DNA of 64,000 bases from Euprymna scolopes (taxonomy: Eukaryota): NCBI GenBank assembly GCA_053919585.1, contig CM132815.1; one strand, written 5' to 3'. The position numbers were made by a program, and so were the translations under genes. Position 1 is the stretch's first letter; every line of letters starts with the position of its first letter. The notes beneath the pieces are model-generated. The model worked only from the letters and a program-made list of their open reading frames with translations, searched no databases and had not been told where the DNA came from. Positions 34,075 through 47,338 of the stretch are shown here, piece after piece.

Positions 34075-37000
34075 TTTTATATCGATTAATACTATACATA
34101 TATTATTAATACTATGCACATATTATATTAATATTAATATTATGTTGATTAATACTATACATATGTTATATTTGATATTAATATTATATTGATTAATATT
34201 ATACATATATTATATTTAATATTAATATTATATCGATTAATACTATTAATATGTTATATCTAATATTTATAGAATATCGATTAATACTATTCATATGTTG
34301 TATTTAAAATTAATATTATATCGAATTAAACTATTGATATGTTATATTAAGAATTAATGCTATATTTAAAACTTATAATGTATCGATATACAATATTCAT
34401 ATGTTATATTAAAAATTAATATTATATCGATTAATATTATTCATGTTATATTTAATATTAATATTATATCGATTAATACTATTCATATGTTATATTTAAT
34501 ATTTATAGAATATCGATTAATACTATTCATATGTTGTATTTAAAATTAATATTATATCGAATTAAACTATTGATATGTTATATTAAGAATTAATGCGATA
34601 TTTAAAACTTATAATGTATCGATATACAATATTCATATGTTATATAAAAAATTAATATTATATCGATTAATATTATTCATGTTATATTTAATATTAATAT
34701 TATATCGATTAATACTATTTATGCGTTATATTTAAAATTAATATTATATCGATTAATACGATTCATATGTTATATTTAAAATTAATATGATATCGATTAA
34801 TACGATTCATATGTTATATTTAATATTAATATTATATCGATTAATACCATTCATATGTTATATTTAAAATTAATATGATATCGATTAATACTATTCATAT
34901 GTTATATTTAAAATTAATATTATATCGATTAATACCATTCATATATTATATTTAAAATTAATATTATATCGATTAATACCATTCAGATGTTATATTTAAA
35001 ATTAATATTATATCGATTAATACCATTCATATGTTATATTTAAAATTAATATGATATCGATTAATTCCATTCATATGTTATATTTAAAATTAATATGATA
35101 TCGATTAATACGATTCATATGTTATACTTAAAATTAATATTATATCGATTAATACCATTCATATATTATATTTGAAATTAATATTATATAGATTAATACC
35201 ATTCATATGTTATATTTAAAATTAATATTATATCGATTAATACCATTCATATGTTATATTTAAAATTAATATTATATCGATATATACTATCCATGTATTA
35301 TATTTAAAATTAATATTATATCGATATATACTATCCATGTATTATATTTAAAATTAATATTATATCGATATATACTATACATATGTTATATTTAAAATTA
35401 ATATTATATCGATAAATACTATACATATGTTATATGTAATATAAATATTATATCTCTTAATACTATCATATTATATAATTAAAATTAATATTATATCGAT
35501 AAATACTATACATATGTGATATTTAATATTAATGAAATATCGATTAATACTATGCATGATATATTTAATATAATTAATTTATCGATTAATACGATATGTA
35601 TGTTATATTAAATATTAATATTATATTGATAATTAGAATGCAAATTTTGTATTTAATATTAATTTAATATCAATTTGTACTATACATATGTTTTATTAAA
35701 TATTAATATTATAACGATTAATTCGATATATATGTTATATTACAAATTAATATTACATCGATTAATTCTATGCATATGTTATATTTAATATTAATATTGT
35801 ATCGATAAATACTTATGATTTGTTTAATTTAATACTAATATTATACAGATTAAATACTATACATTTGCTATATTTAATAATATTGTATTGTTTAATATTA
35901 TTTATATGTTATATTAAATATTTATATTATATCAATTTATACGATATATATGTTACGTTTTATATTAATATTATACGGATTTATACTATACATATGTTAT
36001 ATTTGATATTTATATTATATCGCTTAATACTATATAAATGATATATTTAATATAAATATTATATCGACTAATACTATACACGTAATATTTAATATTAATA
36101 ATATATTCATTAATAAAATACATACGTTATATTTTATATAAATATTAAATCGATAAATATTATACATATATAATATTAATATTATATCGATTAATACTAT
36201 ACATATGCTATATTTAATATTACTATTATATTAATTAGTAATATACAAATATTATATTGATTATAAATATATCGATTAATACTATACATTTGTTATATTT
36301 AATATTTATATTATATCGATTTATTGAATACATATATAATATATAGCATTAATTTACCGGATAATACTATACATATATTATATCAAATATTAATATATCG
36401 ATTAATACTATACATATGTTATATTGAATTTTAATATAATTTCGATTAATTCTATACATATATTATATTTAATATTAATATATCAAATAATACTATGCAT
36501 ATAATATTCAATATTAATATTGTATAGATTAATACTCTTCACATATTATATTATATCAATATTATATTGGTTAATACGATATATATGTTATATTTAATAG
36601 TAATATTATATCGATTAATACCATGCGTATGTTATATGTAATATTAATACTATATTGATTAATACAATTGATATGTTATATTAAAAATTAATATTATATC
36701 GATTAATACTATTCATATTTTATATTTAATATTAATATCATATCGATTATACCTATACACGTAATCTATAATATTAATATTATATCGATTAGTATTATAT
36801 ATATTCTTTATTATATATTGATATTATATCGATCAATGCTATGCAAATGTTATATTTAATATAAATAATATATCGATTTATACTATACATATGTTATAAA
36901 TATTATTAATATCATATCGATTAATACTGTACATATATTTAATTTAATATTACTATTATATTAATTAATAATATAGAAGTATTATATAGAATATAAATAT

Positions 37001-37985
37001 ACCGATTACTACTATACGTATATTATATTTTATAAAAATGATATATTCCAAATTAACTTTTTATCGATTAATACTTGTCATATGTAATATGTAAAATTAC
37101 TATTATATGCAGATGTTAATTTAATATTAATATTATATCGATTTATACTGTATACATAATACAGTTTATAATTATATTATATGTATTGATACTATATATA
37201 TATATATTATATTTAATAATTATATTATAAACTTTAATACGATATATGTGTTATATTTAATATTAATATCATATCGATTAATACTATTCATATGTTATAT
37301 TTAATATTAATATTATATCCAATAATACTATACATATGTTATATTTAAAATTAATACTCCATCGATTAATACTATTTATGCGTTATATTTAAAATTAATA
37401 TTATATCGATAAATACTATACATATGTTATATTTTAAATCAATGTTTTATCGATTAATACTATTCATATGTTATATTTAAAATTAATATTATATCGATTA
37501 ATACTATTCATATGTTAGGTTTAATATAAATATTTTATTGGTTAATACGATATATATGTTATAGTTTACATTAAGATTATATCGCTTAATACTATGCACA
37601 TGTTATATATAATATTAATATTATATCGATTGATACTATGGAAATGTTATATTAAATATTAATATTATATCTATTTATATTATACATATGTTATATCTTA
37701 TATTAATATTATATCGATTTATACTGTTCATCTGATATATTTAAGATTTCTATTATATCGATTAATGCTACACAAATATTGTATTTAATATTGATATTAT
37801 ATCTATTAATTCTATACATGTAGTGTATTTAATATTAATATTATATTGATTAATACGATTCACATGTTATATTTAATATTTATCTTATATCGATTAATAC
37901 GATATATATGTTATATTTAATATTAATATTATATCGATTAATACTATATATGTGTTATTTTTAATATTAATATCATATCAATTAG
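34075..37985. repeat. Very AT-rich satellite, ~42-bp unit (~ATTAATATTATATCGATTAATACTATTCATATGTTATATTTAA), about 90 copies
   Basis: Regular ATCGAT and CATATG spacing; most homogeneous at 34690-35420; ~236-bp higher-order duplication at 34266 and 34502. Confidence 0.95.
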
Positions 37986-38074
37986 TGGAAACAAATCCTT
38001 GCCAACACGGAATGTGAAACTTTGTAAGAAAGCAAAGGAATGTTTTTAAGACAATCCTGGAAGTGAATTCTTAC

Positions 38075-38199
38075 CATTTGTCCGATTGATGGCATGAAAA
38101 ACAGCCTGGAAATAATTGCCCCGGTCACTACTAAGATACGTCACTCGTATTCTGTTGCTTGTTGATGTAAATAAGGGAATAACCTCAGAACCACAATAT
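38075..38199 (-). CDS. CUB gene exon 5: C-half of CUB (YCGSEVIPLFTSTSNRIRVTYLSSDRGNYFQAVFHAINRTN)
   Basis: TAG acceptor, GTAAGA donor; 125 nt, phase 2 to 1; CG+A completes Arg; not in the ORF track. Confidence 0.9.
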
Positions 38200-38869
38200 C
38201 TAGACGAATAAAAAGAAATATTTTAAGGGTATGAATACAAACCATCATTGATGAAATTCACTATCCTTTTTTTGTACAAATAAACTTTAATCTATGCCTG
38301 ACCTATCAACCAAGTTCCAGCCATGAATGTCTAACAGTCTTTATTTTATAACCATTCAACGATATGAGGCGATACTTTAATGCTAGTCTTATCAGTAGGA
38401 ATTATGTTGTGACCCTGTTTAGAGGCACAATATTAAGGTGAAAGAGTTCTGGTGATCATTACGAGCGGTTACCCTGCGTGTGTGCCATTGATGTTTATTC
38501 GTTTCCCTACGAGAACAAGATGTGACACAAGGTCGTATTCAATGTAGGCGAGAACCAGCTACCCCCCCCAAAGAGAAAACTCTGGTAGTGTGCAAAAATA
38601 AAATTGTCTTAGCATAGAAAGGTTTCCTCGTCCTTTGACCAAGAACAATTCCTTTTGGTACAAAGCACGACCAGACCGACCGAGCAGCGAGTGTGCTCTT
38701 CGCTCGACAGCAGAAATATCTGACTCACATAGTGCCAAACGGATCCATATTATTATCAATATAGGGGTGTTACCTACCCCAGAACAAATTATGATTCCGA
38801 ATAGGCTTCACGTTTACAAGTATTCTTTACAATCTACATTTGGGGGCTGTTTAAAAGATTACTGTGGTA

Positions 38870-39110
38870 ACGTGTCGTATATTATTTCAATAGTATTGTT
38901 TGGGATCATGTCGCGTCGATCGATGGGGTTGTTCAGGACCGTGTCATGTTGATTCGATGGTGTTGTTCAGCATCGTGTCGTGCCAATTCGACGGTGTTGC
39001 TTGGGATCGTGTTATGTCAAGTCGACGGTATTGTTCGGGATCGTGTCGTGCCGAGTCGACGGTATTGTTCAGGATTGTGTGGATGAATTGTTCAGGACCG
39101 TGCTGCCACG
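38870..39110. repeat. CpG-rich minisatellite, 34-bp unit (TCGACGGTATTGTTCGGGATCGTGTCGTGCCGAG), about 7 copies
   Basis: TCGA at 38920, 38954, 38988, 39022 and 39056. Confidence 0.88.
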
Positions 39111-39111
39111 T

Positions 39112-39168
<57 letters not shown>

Positions 39169-40122
39169 TTTTATTGACTTAGAACAGATGATGATGATGA
39201 GGGAGACATTTATCACAGACTGGGATGATTCTTATTAACACATATAAAGGGGAGGAGATACTTCACTTATGATGGAGGAGGCACATTACTTGTAAGGGTT
39301 GTACAAAGTTCGTTACAAGATGATGATAAAAACACATTTACCTTTTTTGATTGTGAGGAATGATGACACGAGACAACACAGTTACAAATTATTAATGGTG
39401 ATTTCTTTATTCATCTGTCGGCCGATCGATGATGTTAGGAATTCAAACTTTTTCGACTACAGGGGGCTTCTAAGGGTCTCTCCTCTCCAACTGAATCTAT
39501 CACCGTGTGTGATCTGCTCTGATTACCTGATCCTCATCAACTCTCTAACTTCGAACCCTCAGATTTCTATATTGAGAAATCTCCTTTGTTTATGACGTCA
39601 TAAGTGTTTTTACCAACGTGACTACTTTACGTGGATTTACAAATGATTGTCCAAACACATTTTGGCAAACAAATAATCCTCAATCTAATCCTAACCTATT
39701 TTTAAACAATATATTTTAACTCGCATTGTGCATTCATTTAACTGACATATTTAATATCCAGATTTCCAAAAGAATGGACAATCGACTCTTTTGACGACAT
39801 AAACAATATTTAACTATTTCTAATAGAATTAACAATGGCTTGAATTTCTAGCATTCCATTTTCCATTATATTTAACAGTTGCTTACAGGGTTTGTTTTTT
39901 ACAATTCGATTCTAGCCTTATCCTAATATCATTTTCACTTATCTAGTATTTCTTCTTACTTTCATGTAACATTCCCAGTATGCAACGTTGTGTTATTCAT
40001 AAGACTAGCCGGATTGCTAGTCTTGGATTGTTTGAATCCATACAATTATGAGTGCCTCCACAATCAGACGTAAACAAAAACGTCTCTTGTACTTTTTAAT
40101 AACAAGTAAATTGAATGATTAC

Positions 40123-43021
40123 TGTTGCGGTGTTAGCAATCGAATAATTAACGGGGGAGAACACAGTAACAGTTAAATAAGTATTAACGAAAATACATGA
40201 AAGAGGTAAATCTTTGCTCAACTTCTGAGCCAGTGCGGACGACCATACTCTCCGCGTACCCGTCTCTGACTGACTTGAAAACGTGTAGAGCGTCTTCCTT
40301 CAGTTCGAATCTGGTTATAGCCTTGGTAGATCTTCCGAGACCCGATGAGAATACATCGGGAAATGTTTCCTTAAACTTGCCCTTCAGTCGTTGTGCAACC
40401 GTAGACGATTCTTCTACCCTATGGCAGAATTTGTTCATAGGTTGGTCTCACAATTCAAATCCAATCCGTTCCGAAAAGGTTTTAGGGTGCCTTATGTACA
40501 TAAACTTTCATTTTTTTTTTTTTTTGTAGCGCTATTTAACGTCACAGAGAGTGTTAGTTGTCCCTCAAATTTTACTTTATCGTCTGTCACTTCTCGAGCT
40601 TACTTATTCGTCTTACGCGTGGTTGATTTCTCCAAGCTTTTCCATGTCTGTAGGTTGATAATGGACAGGTCTGAGACAGAGTTCAACTCTAGCCCCACTA
40701 CCTTATTGAGAATGTTGACAGTGACGTATTTCCGCCGGTTCTTCTCCGCTTTCCTGTCGGACCTTATTGGTTTTGTTTCTTTTTGCAATGCGTTGCTTTG
40801 TGGCCTTTCCTGCCACACTCATTGCATATTTTGTTTTTGTAAAAACATCTAACGGGTCAATGTTGTCCGTTGCAACGGTTGTATGGCCTTTTGGGCGAAT
40901 CAGGCTTTGAAGTGGGATGGCTACTCTCTGGTTGTGCCTGGTTTTTCTTCTCGTTTGTTTGTTTTTTTTCCATGAGAGTAATCCTTTGGTCTGAAACTAG
41001 TCCTTAGCACGGATGACACGACTGATTCCTCGTTGTTTCGTGAGTTGTCTTTACACTAACAACACGTTGGTAATCCTCGGCCGATTCTGGAGTGTGAGCC
41101 CTTGTTCACTTTCGAGTCTAGATAGGACTCATCGTTTAATCTTTGTGTGTTTGTTTTTGTTGGGTTTATTTTCGGAGACGAGACCCCGTAAAAAATCAAA
41201 CATTTAAAACCGTCCGCTGATAATTCAAGTAGACAAAAATCGTCACAGTGTTTGTTAACAATAGAACCGAAGGTGAAAGAGTCTTCGTCGTCGTGTTTCG
41301 CCAGGTTGAAGCACTTCTATCTCTTGTGAAAAAGCAGCGTATTCGGGCTGAAGAGTTCAGATAAGAGTTTGACCGCTTCGGAGAACTCCAGTTCGCTAGT
41401 CTTCCTAGGTAAAATATAGTCAACGAACATTCCGCGTTCTATGGTCCCTGACTTCCATAGAAGTAGACGGACCTTTTTAGCATTGCTCCACTCTTGGCAG
41501 TCAAGTGAATAAATCCTCGTATCTCTTACAAAGGGCGTCAAACATCATATCCTGCTCGGGTAGGTAGTTAAACGTATTGATTGAATTCCATATGGTGTTT
41601 TGGGAAAATGCGGTGTTGTCATCACTCCGTTCCGTCTTATTCAACACTTTTTAAAATAATTCCGCGTATCTCTACTGTTGAAGTAGCAATTTCTCGTCTT
41701 GTCCCTTCCGTTGAAGAAAAAATTTCTCGTTTGCCTCTTCTGTTGAAGAAGCACTTTCTTCTCCAACATATATTGCCGCTCTGCTTGTTGTTGCATTTGG
41801 TCTTTAAAACTTTCCTCTAACTTTTGCTGGTAATCCATTTGAACCCTTAGCAATTGCGTGATTATGGCCTTGAAGTCCTCCATATTGGATATCCTTCCCA
41901 GGCTAATGACAAGAATATTTTTTCTGAGACTGGAAAAAGAAAAATCTCGATGTCGAATGTCCTTTGTGTGTGGGGGGGGACTGTCAGATCTCACTCGGTA
42001 CTTCTGTATACAAAGCTTTAAAGGCAAACTAACGTGGAGGGGAAGATAATGTTTCCAAAGATTTACTGCAACGAAAATGACTTCTTTTTTTCTGTTAGCA
42101 AAAACAAATATCCTCGTTTCATAAAATAAAATGTTCATTTCCAACGACGGTCAGGAAAAGAAAAAATATTCAAAACTCGAGAATAAAAACTTTAAAATTT
42201 CAGTTTTCCAGTTCGCAATGAATTAATCAATGAACAAATCAGCTGCAATACACGTGCGCAAAATTAGGTCAACCTTTAAAAATCGACAGTTTCTGTTCTT
42301 CAAAGCAGGAGTTGTGTTTTCTCTTCCAGCTAAAACGCCTAATTTGCGTAGAAAATGGCGAGTTATATTTAGAATTACGGTTAATTCTTTTTTCTTCCTT
42401 GTTCCCACAAAATATAGCGTAACATTTTTTTCTTATTTCTTTTTCTTTTGACACAATTAAAAAGCATTCAAACTACAAAACGCTTTATAACAGAAGTTTT
42501 TTTTTCCGTAAAATAAAATTACTTTTTGCACAACTTAAGAAATAAAAAAAAACATTACCAAAAAATTCTGCTTCAAAGTTCTTTCACTTTTTTCGTAAAA
42601 AGATAAAGAGGGTTTATTTACGACTTAGTCCAAAATTGTCTCGTATTTCAGTCAGAGCTTACTTGTATTGTTCCTTTTCCTTTAAGGGTCCTAGAGTAAG
42701 CTATTTCTAATAGTCGCTGACAAGTTATGTTGATGAAAAATCGAATTATTTCGCCACCAAACAGTTGTCTTCGGGTTCCTTGTGTAAGTTCGAATCCTCG
42801 TCCGCCAGTGCTGTGGTGTTAGCATTTGGATAATTGATGAGGAAGAACACAGTAACAGTTAAATAAATATGTATTGATGAAAATACATGAAAAAGGTCAA
42901 TTGAGCAATATATTTGCCCAACTGCTGGGCTAGTGAGTGACCGACTTTATAAACTGGTCCTCGTAACCCGGAAGTGACGTCATGGACGGAAGTGACGTCA
43001 TGGAATAGTTTATTAGAAACA
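40123..43021 (-). mobile_element. Internally deleted Gypsy (Mag/K02A2.6-like) LTR retrotransposon
   Basis: 5' LTR 42809-43021, partial 3' LTR from 40123, PBS TGGCGGACGAGG (42796-42807), near-TSD ATTAC/ATTAT; gag KKVRLLLWK...YILPRKTSELEF and pol FPDVFSSGLGR fragments. Confidence 0.85.
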
Positions 43022-43696
43022 ATTATTCTCCAGTGACTGATATAGCAAGGAGGAGTCACATGGTGGCGGTGGTGTGCGTGCAAAATATAATGTGTCTGCT
43101 TCCTCCCGCAGTTGCTTCTCTCGTTGTCCGGCTGTCTCTCTTTTATTGGGATGGATGACGTTAGAACATTCCTCCATGCCCTTTTGGTTTATTTTCTGAA
43201 AATGTCCGTCGATCCTGCTGATATCGATCCCCAGGAATTCTACATCCCCATTTTGAACTTCTCTGACGTCATTTCCGGCGCAACTCAATCTAGGATCGCT
43301 GCCCTGGCCGACTTTCCTGGGTCTGGCCTCTATTGACATCTTCCTTACAAATACAGAAACATCTCTGTCACCTACAACTCCACCCCTCCCTCTATAACAG
43401 CAAAGGAGAGACTTGACAGCATGTTTTTTCTAACTGTCACTCTCAATGTTCAGGTTGATATTGTATAACAACTTCCAACACACATACATCAACTTTGCTC
43501 AAATGAGTACCACCAGTTTTTAACAGGTTAAAAAATCTTGTATCATAATTTTTACTAGCAGGACCTGTGGAAACCCCACAGCGGACTCTTTCATTTGTAA
43601 TATATTGATGTTGGTATTCTATGGATGTTCAGCATAAATGGAAGCGCTCTAATATTACTGTAGTTTTTGTTAAAACTACACAAGTATTAATCTAAG

Positions 43697-43904
43697 CTAG
43701 AATGGACGTCTGGCGTAGCCCGGTCGCAAAATATGTATAAATGTGATATTTTAATTCATGCAGATTTCGTATATATTATTATAGAGTCAATTTTCTATCG
43801 ATTCTTATACATTATAAAGTTGTGATTTCAAAAATAAAAAATATCCATATCCATATGACTTTGGTGCATCCGCTTGAATCGAAACCGAAATCAAAACTTT
43901 GAAG

Positions 43905-43940
<36 letters not shown>

Positions 43941-44199
43941 CGAGTTCATTCAGCTATAATCGAAGCAGAAATCAAAACTTATGAAGAATTCTTGGCAAAA
44001 TCATTTATAAGATAAAATAGATGACGTAAGTGCCATCAGCTATAATCGAAGCCGAAACCAAAACTTGTGAAGAGTTATTGGTAAAATTATTTATTACAAG
44101 AAATGGAAAGTTTAAGAATTAAACGAGAATCACTCGCAAGAAAAAAGGTGTAAGCCTTATACACAAAATAACAAATAAGCTATCGTATTAATATAGAGA
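43697..44199 (-). mobile_element. Helitron-like non-autonomous element related to 24439-24895
   Basis: CTAG...GCCCGGTCG.AAAATA..TAAAT.TGATATTTTAATT end shared with 24439; minus-strand TCTCTATATTAATA head; a plus-strand head fragment lies at about 52400-52570. Confidence 0.6.
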
Positions 44200-44367
44200 T
44201 GTTCTTTATAGCAACACGTGTTATACAAGACATGAACGAGGTTCTCAAGTGTGAGGCCCTTCAGCAATAATAAAAAAGAACTACCAAACACTATAATTAT
44301 AATAATGAGATGATGATGATGATGATGATGATGATGAGAAAAAAGATGAAGAATTCATTGAAATTAC

Positions 44368-44557
44368 CGTTGTTCTCTTGCATCACCTTCATTTTGCAGT
44401 GCCAAATAATTAAACAGACATACTGTTGGAAAATGGAAGTGAGTGAAAGTGATACGAATCAGTTTGTCGGGATCCACTATGATGTTCCAGACGCACCTCG
44501 AGGAGGCAATGGGAGCCCTGAAGGTTCCCAACTTTCCATAAAGGATTCCGCCACAAT
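44368..44557 (-). CDS. CUB gene exon 4: N-half of CUB (DCGGILYGKLGTFRAPIASSRCVWNIIVDPDKLIRITFTHFHFPTVCLFNYLALQNEGDAREQ)
   Basis: TTCAG acceptor, GTAATT donor; 190 nt, phase 1 to 2. Confidence 0.92.
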
Positions 44558-44848
44558 CTGAATAAGAAAAAAAATTAGAATGTAGCTTAAAGTTAAAATC
44601 AGATGCGAGAGAAAGAGATTCAACTCGGCTCGGTTTAAAAGAAGGTGGAAGCTCATCTAGAAACTGATTCACTTGTTTTCAGCAATAGAAAGACCCCAGA
44701 AAACAGGGAGCAGCTTATTTCTATCATAATTCACTTGGAAGGCTTTTACTAACCATGTAGAATTTTATTCTGTTTTGCTGTAAATATTGCCTTTTATTAT
44801 TGTTTTTTAGTAGAATCCCCCCACCTCCAACTGATGGAATTAAAATTG

Positions 44849-44907
<59 letters not shown>

Positions 44908-45582
44908 AAATAAAAACCGTCTAAACTCGGGAAGAACGTTAATTAGGATTGCCCATAGTGTGAATGCGGTATTGTGGTGATTGGAACTAGTTTAAAAGAA
45001 CAAACTAAAAGAATATCTTGTGCTACATTTATTTTGCAATTTTTTTAAGTATTGTTTTTTCTGTAAAAAACTTTTGATAATTTTATACACGAATAAATAT
45101 AATCATGTACTTATGATTTGAAAACATATTTTTTTTTACTAATTAGTACAAAGAGGCCTAAAAGCCACTCGACGATAATTGTTAATGAGTTTCCCAGGTT
45201 TGTTCATCTCTGAGTAAAGACAGTTGAGTTATCTTCCCTTGTCTATAAATAAGAGACGTCTTTGCTGTTTCGTCCATCGCCAAACCGGAAATGATGAATG
45301 TTTAAATTAAGGCTAGTCAATTAGAAAAAGGCGATGACTTTCGAAAATATCGGCAAAAAAGCGACCCTTCCCTGTAGAAAGGGCCCAGCTGAGGGTAAAA
45401 GAATTAATGATTTTAGCCAATTTTTCGATATTTGTCGTCCGAAAACGATATCAATCTCGTGAAAATCAGTTGCATCTGTCAAAATATTTAGACATACATA
45501 CATACATACATACATACATTTAAACAAACAGATGAAAATTATATTATAGATTTCGTAATTAATTTATTGATATATATATATA

Positions 45583-46491
45583 GCAACGTTACATATCATT
45601 TTGAAGCGCGTTTTTCGCTCTATCGAATCGTGTTATTTGTTACAGTTCTCAATATCTTCATTCATTTTTTGCAGGCTTTTCAATAGCATTCAAAACAAAA
45701 TTCGAATCCATACGTCTTTCTTGTTCCTATTCAAACTAGACCAAAAAAGCTACCGAGATAGCTCGTGATGTCAATCGTTTTGAGGTATCTTCTACGTTTC
45801 TTCTGCACAACAAAAACAGCCCATTTTTCGAGCAGATTGTCACGTGTGATGAGAAGTGGATCCTCTATGACAACCGGCAATGTTCGGCACAATGGGTGCA
45901 TGCCGGAGAAGCTCCACAACACTTCCTGAAGCCGAAATTGCACAAAAAAGGTTATACAATTATGGTGACTGTTTGGTGGTCTACAGCCAGTTTTATCGTT
46001 CACAGCTTCTTGAATCTGGGCAAAACGATCAGAGCAGGGAATACTGCCGACAAATTGATGAAATGCATCAAAAGCTCAACTGTATGTGCCCGAAATTGGT
46101 CAATATGAATGGACTCATTCTCCTCCATGACAACGCTCGCCCACATGTTGTTCAACTGACCCTGCAGAATTGCACGAATTGGGCTACATGACCCTGCCTC
46201 ATCCGCCATATTCACCGGACCGCTCGTCCACCAATTATCACTTTTCCAGCATTTCGACAACTTCCTGCGTGAAAAATGCTTCAAACGCCGAGATGATGTC
46301 AAATCGGCCTTCAATGACTTCATTGCTATCAGAACATTATATGCTAATGGGATAAATAAACTTGTTTCTGATTGGCAAAAATGAGTCGATCCTAATGGTT
46401 GTTATCTCAATTAATAAAGTTTATTATGAAAGGAGTTATGGTGTTTTGAAGTTGAACGTCAAAAACGACATTATTTTTGCACCAAACCTAA
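45583..46491 (+). mobile_element. Decayed mariner (DD34D) transposon, right TIR retained
   Basis: IVTCDEKWILYDN, LKPKLHKK...VWWS, LLHDNARPH, LPHPPYSPD; TIR-like TTATTTTTGCACCAAACCTAA at 46471-46491. Confidence 0.9.
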
Positions 46492-46884
46492 AAAACCTTC
46501 TTAGTTTTAAAAATTCATTCTTTGCCACATGTTCATTTTACCTGACGCCGTTTCCCTTCATCCGACCGTACGCCAGCCACAGCCAGCCATTTCTTGCCTT
46601 CGCTTTACATGCCCATTTTCTTTGACGTCGAACTTTGCTTCTGTCTGATCTCACGCTGGCATTAGCAGCTATTTCTTGCCTTCGCTTTACATGTCCATTT
46701 TCTACCGAGCACGTATGTATTTTTTCTCCTTTTTTCTACCTTCTTCTACTCACGCACACTTCCTAATTTGCATATGTAGTTTTTCAACTACTGCTGCTGC
46801 TGCTAATTTCTTCCCATCGTTCGCTACTGCTGATATTTTCCACCATGCTCATATACGCTCTCTTATATTATATTTTTATTTGTG

Positions 46885-47265
46885 CCTTCTGCGCTCCAAT
46901 CTATGGTCCCCCTTGCCAAACTTTCACGAAAAACACTCGTCTTACTGAAGCCACTATCAATAATTTCCCCCACTCTTTATCTGTGCTTAAACCAAAACGT
47001 GGATTCTATCAACAAAGCTTCTTTCTAGAACTGCACACCCGTGAAACTCTGTCCATTTTCCTGCTTTCCAATTAACTACAATATGGTTGTCTTCAAGTCC
47101 AACATTGACAAGTTCTCGATGAACCGTCTCTTTAAGTAATCCAATTTACTAAATTTCCACAACTAACGATTACCCCGATATTTCCCCATTGACTACAGAA
47201 CACTCATTAACCCTTATCCTCGAGTGGCCTGGGCCTGGATAAGTGGTGATGCCTTTGGAAAAATA
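46885..47265 (+). mobile_element. CR1/L2-group LINE 3' fragment
   Basis: CCAAACTTTCACGAAAAACACTCGTC...TTAACCCTTATCCTCGAGTGGCC...AAGTGGTGATGCC. Confidence 0.82.
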
Positions 47266-47338
47266 AGAAATAAATAAGAGTAAATATGAGAATACCTACA
47301 CTAAGTAGGGAAAGGACTATAATTCTACAAATAGAGTA

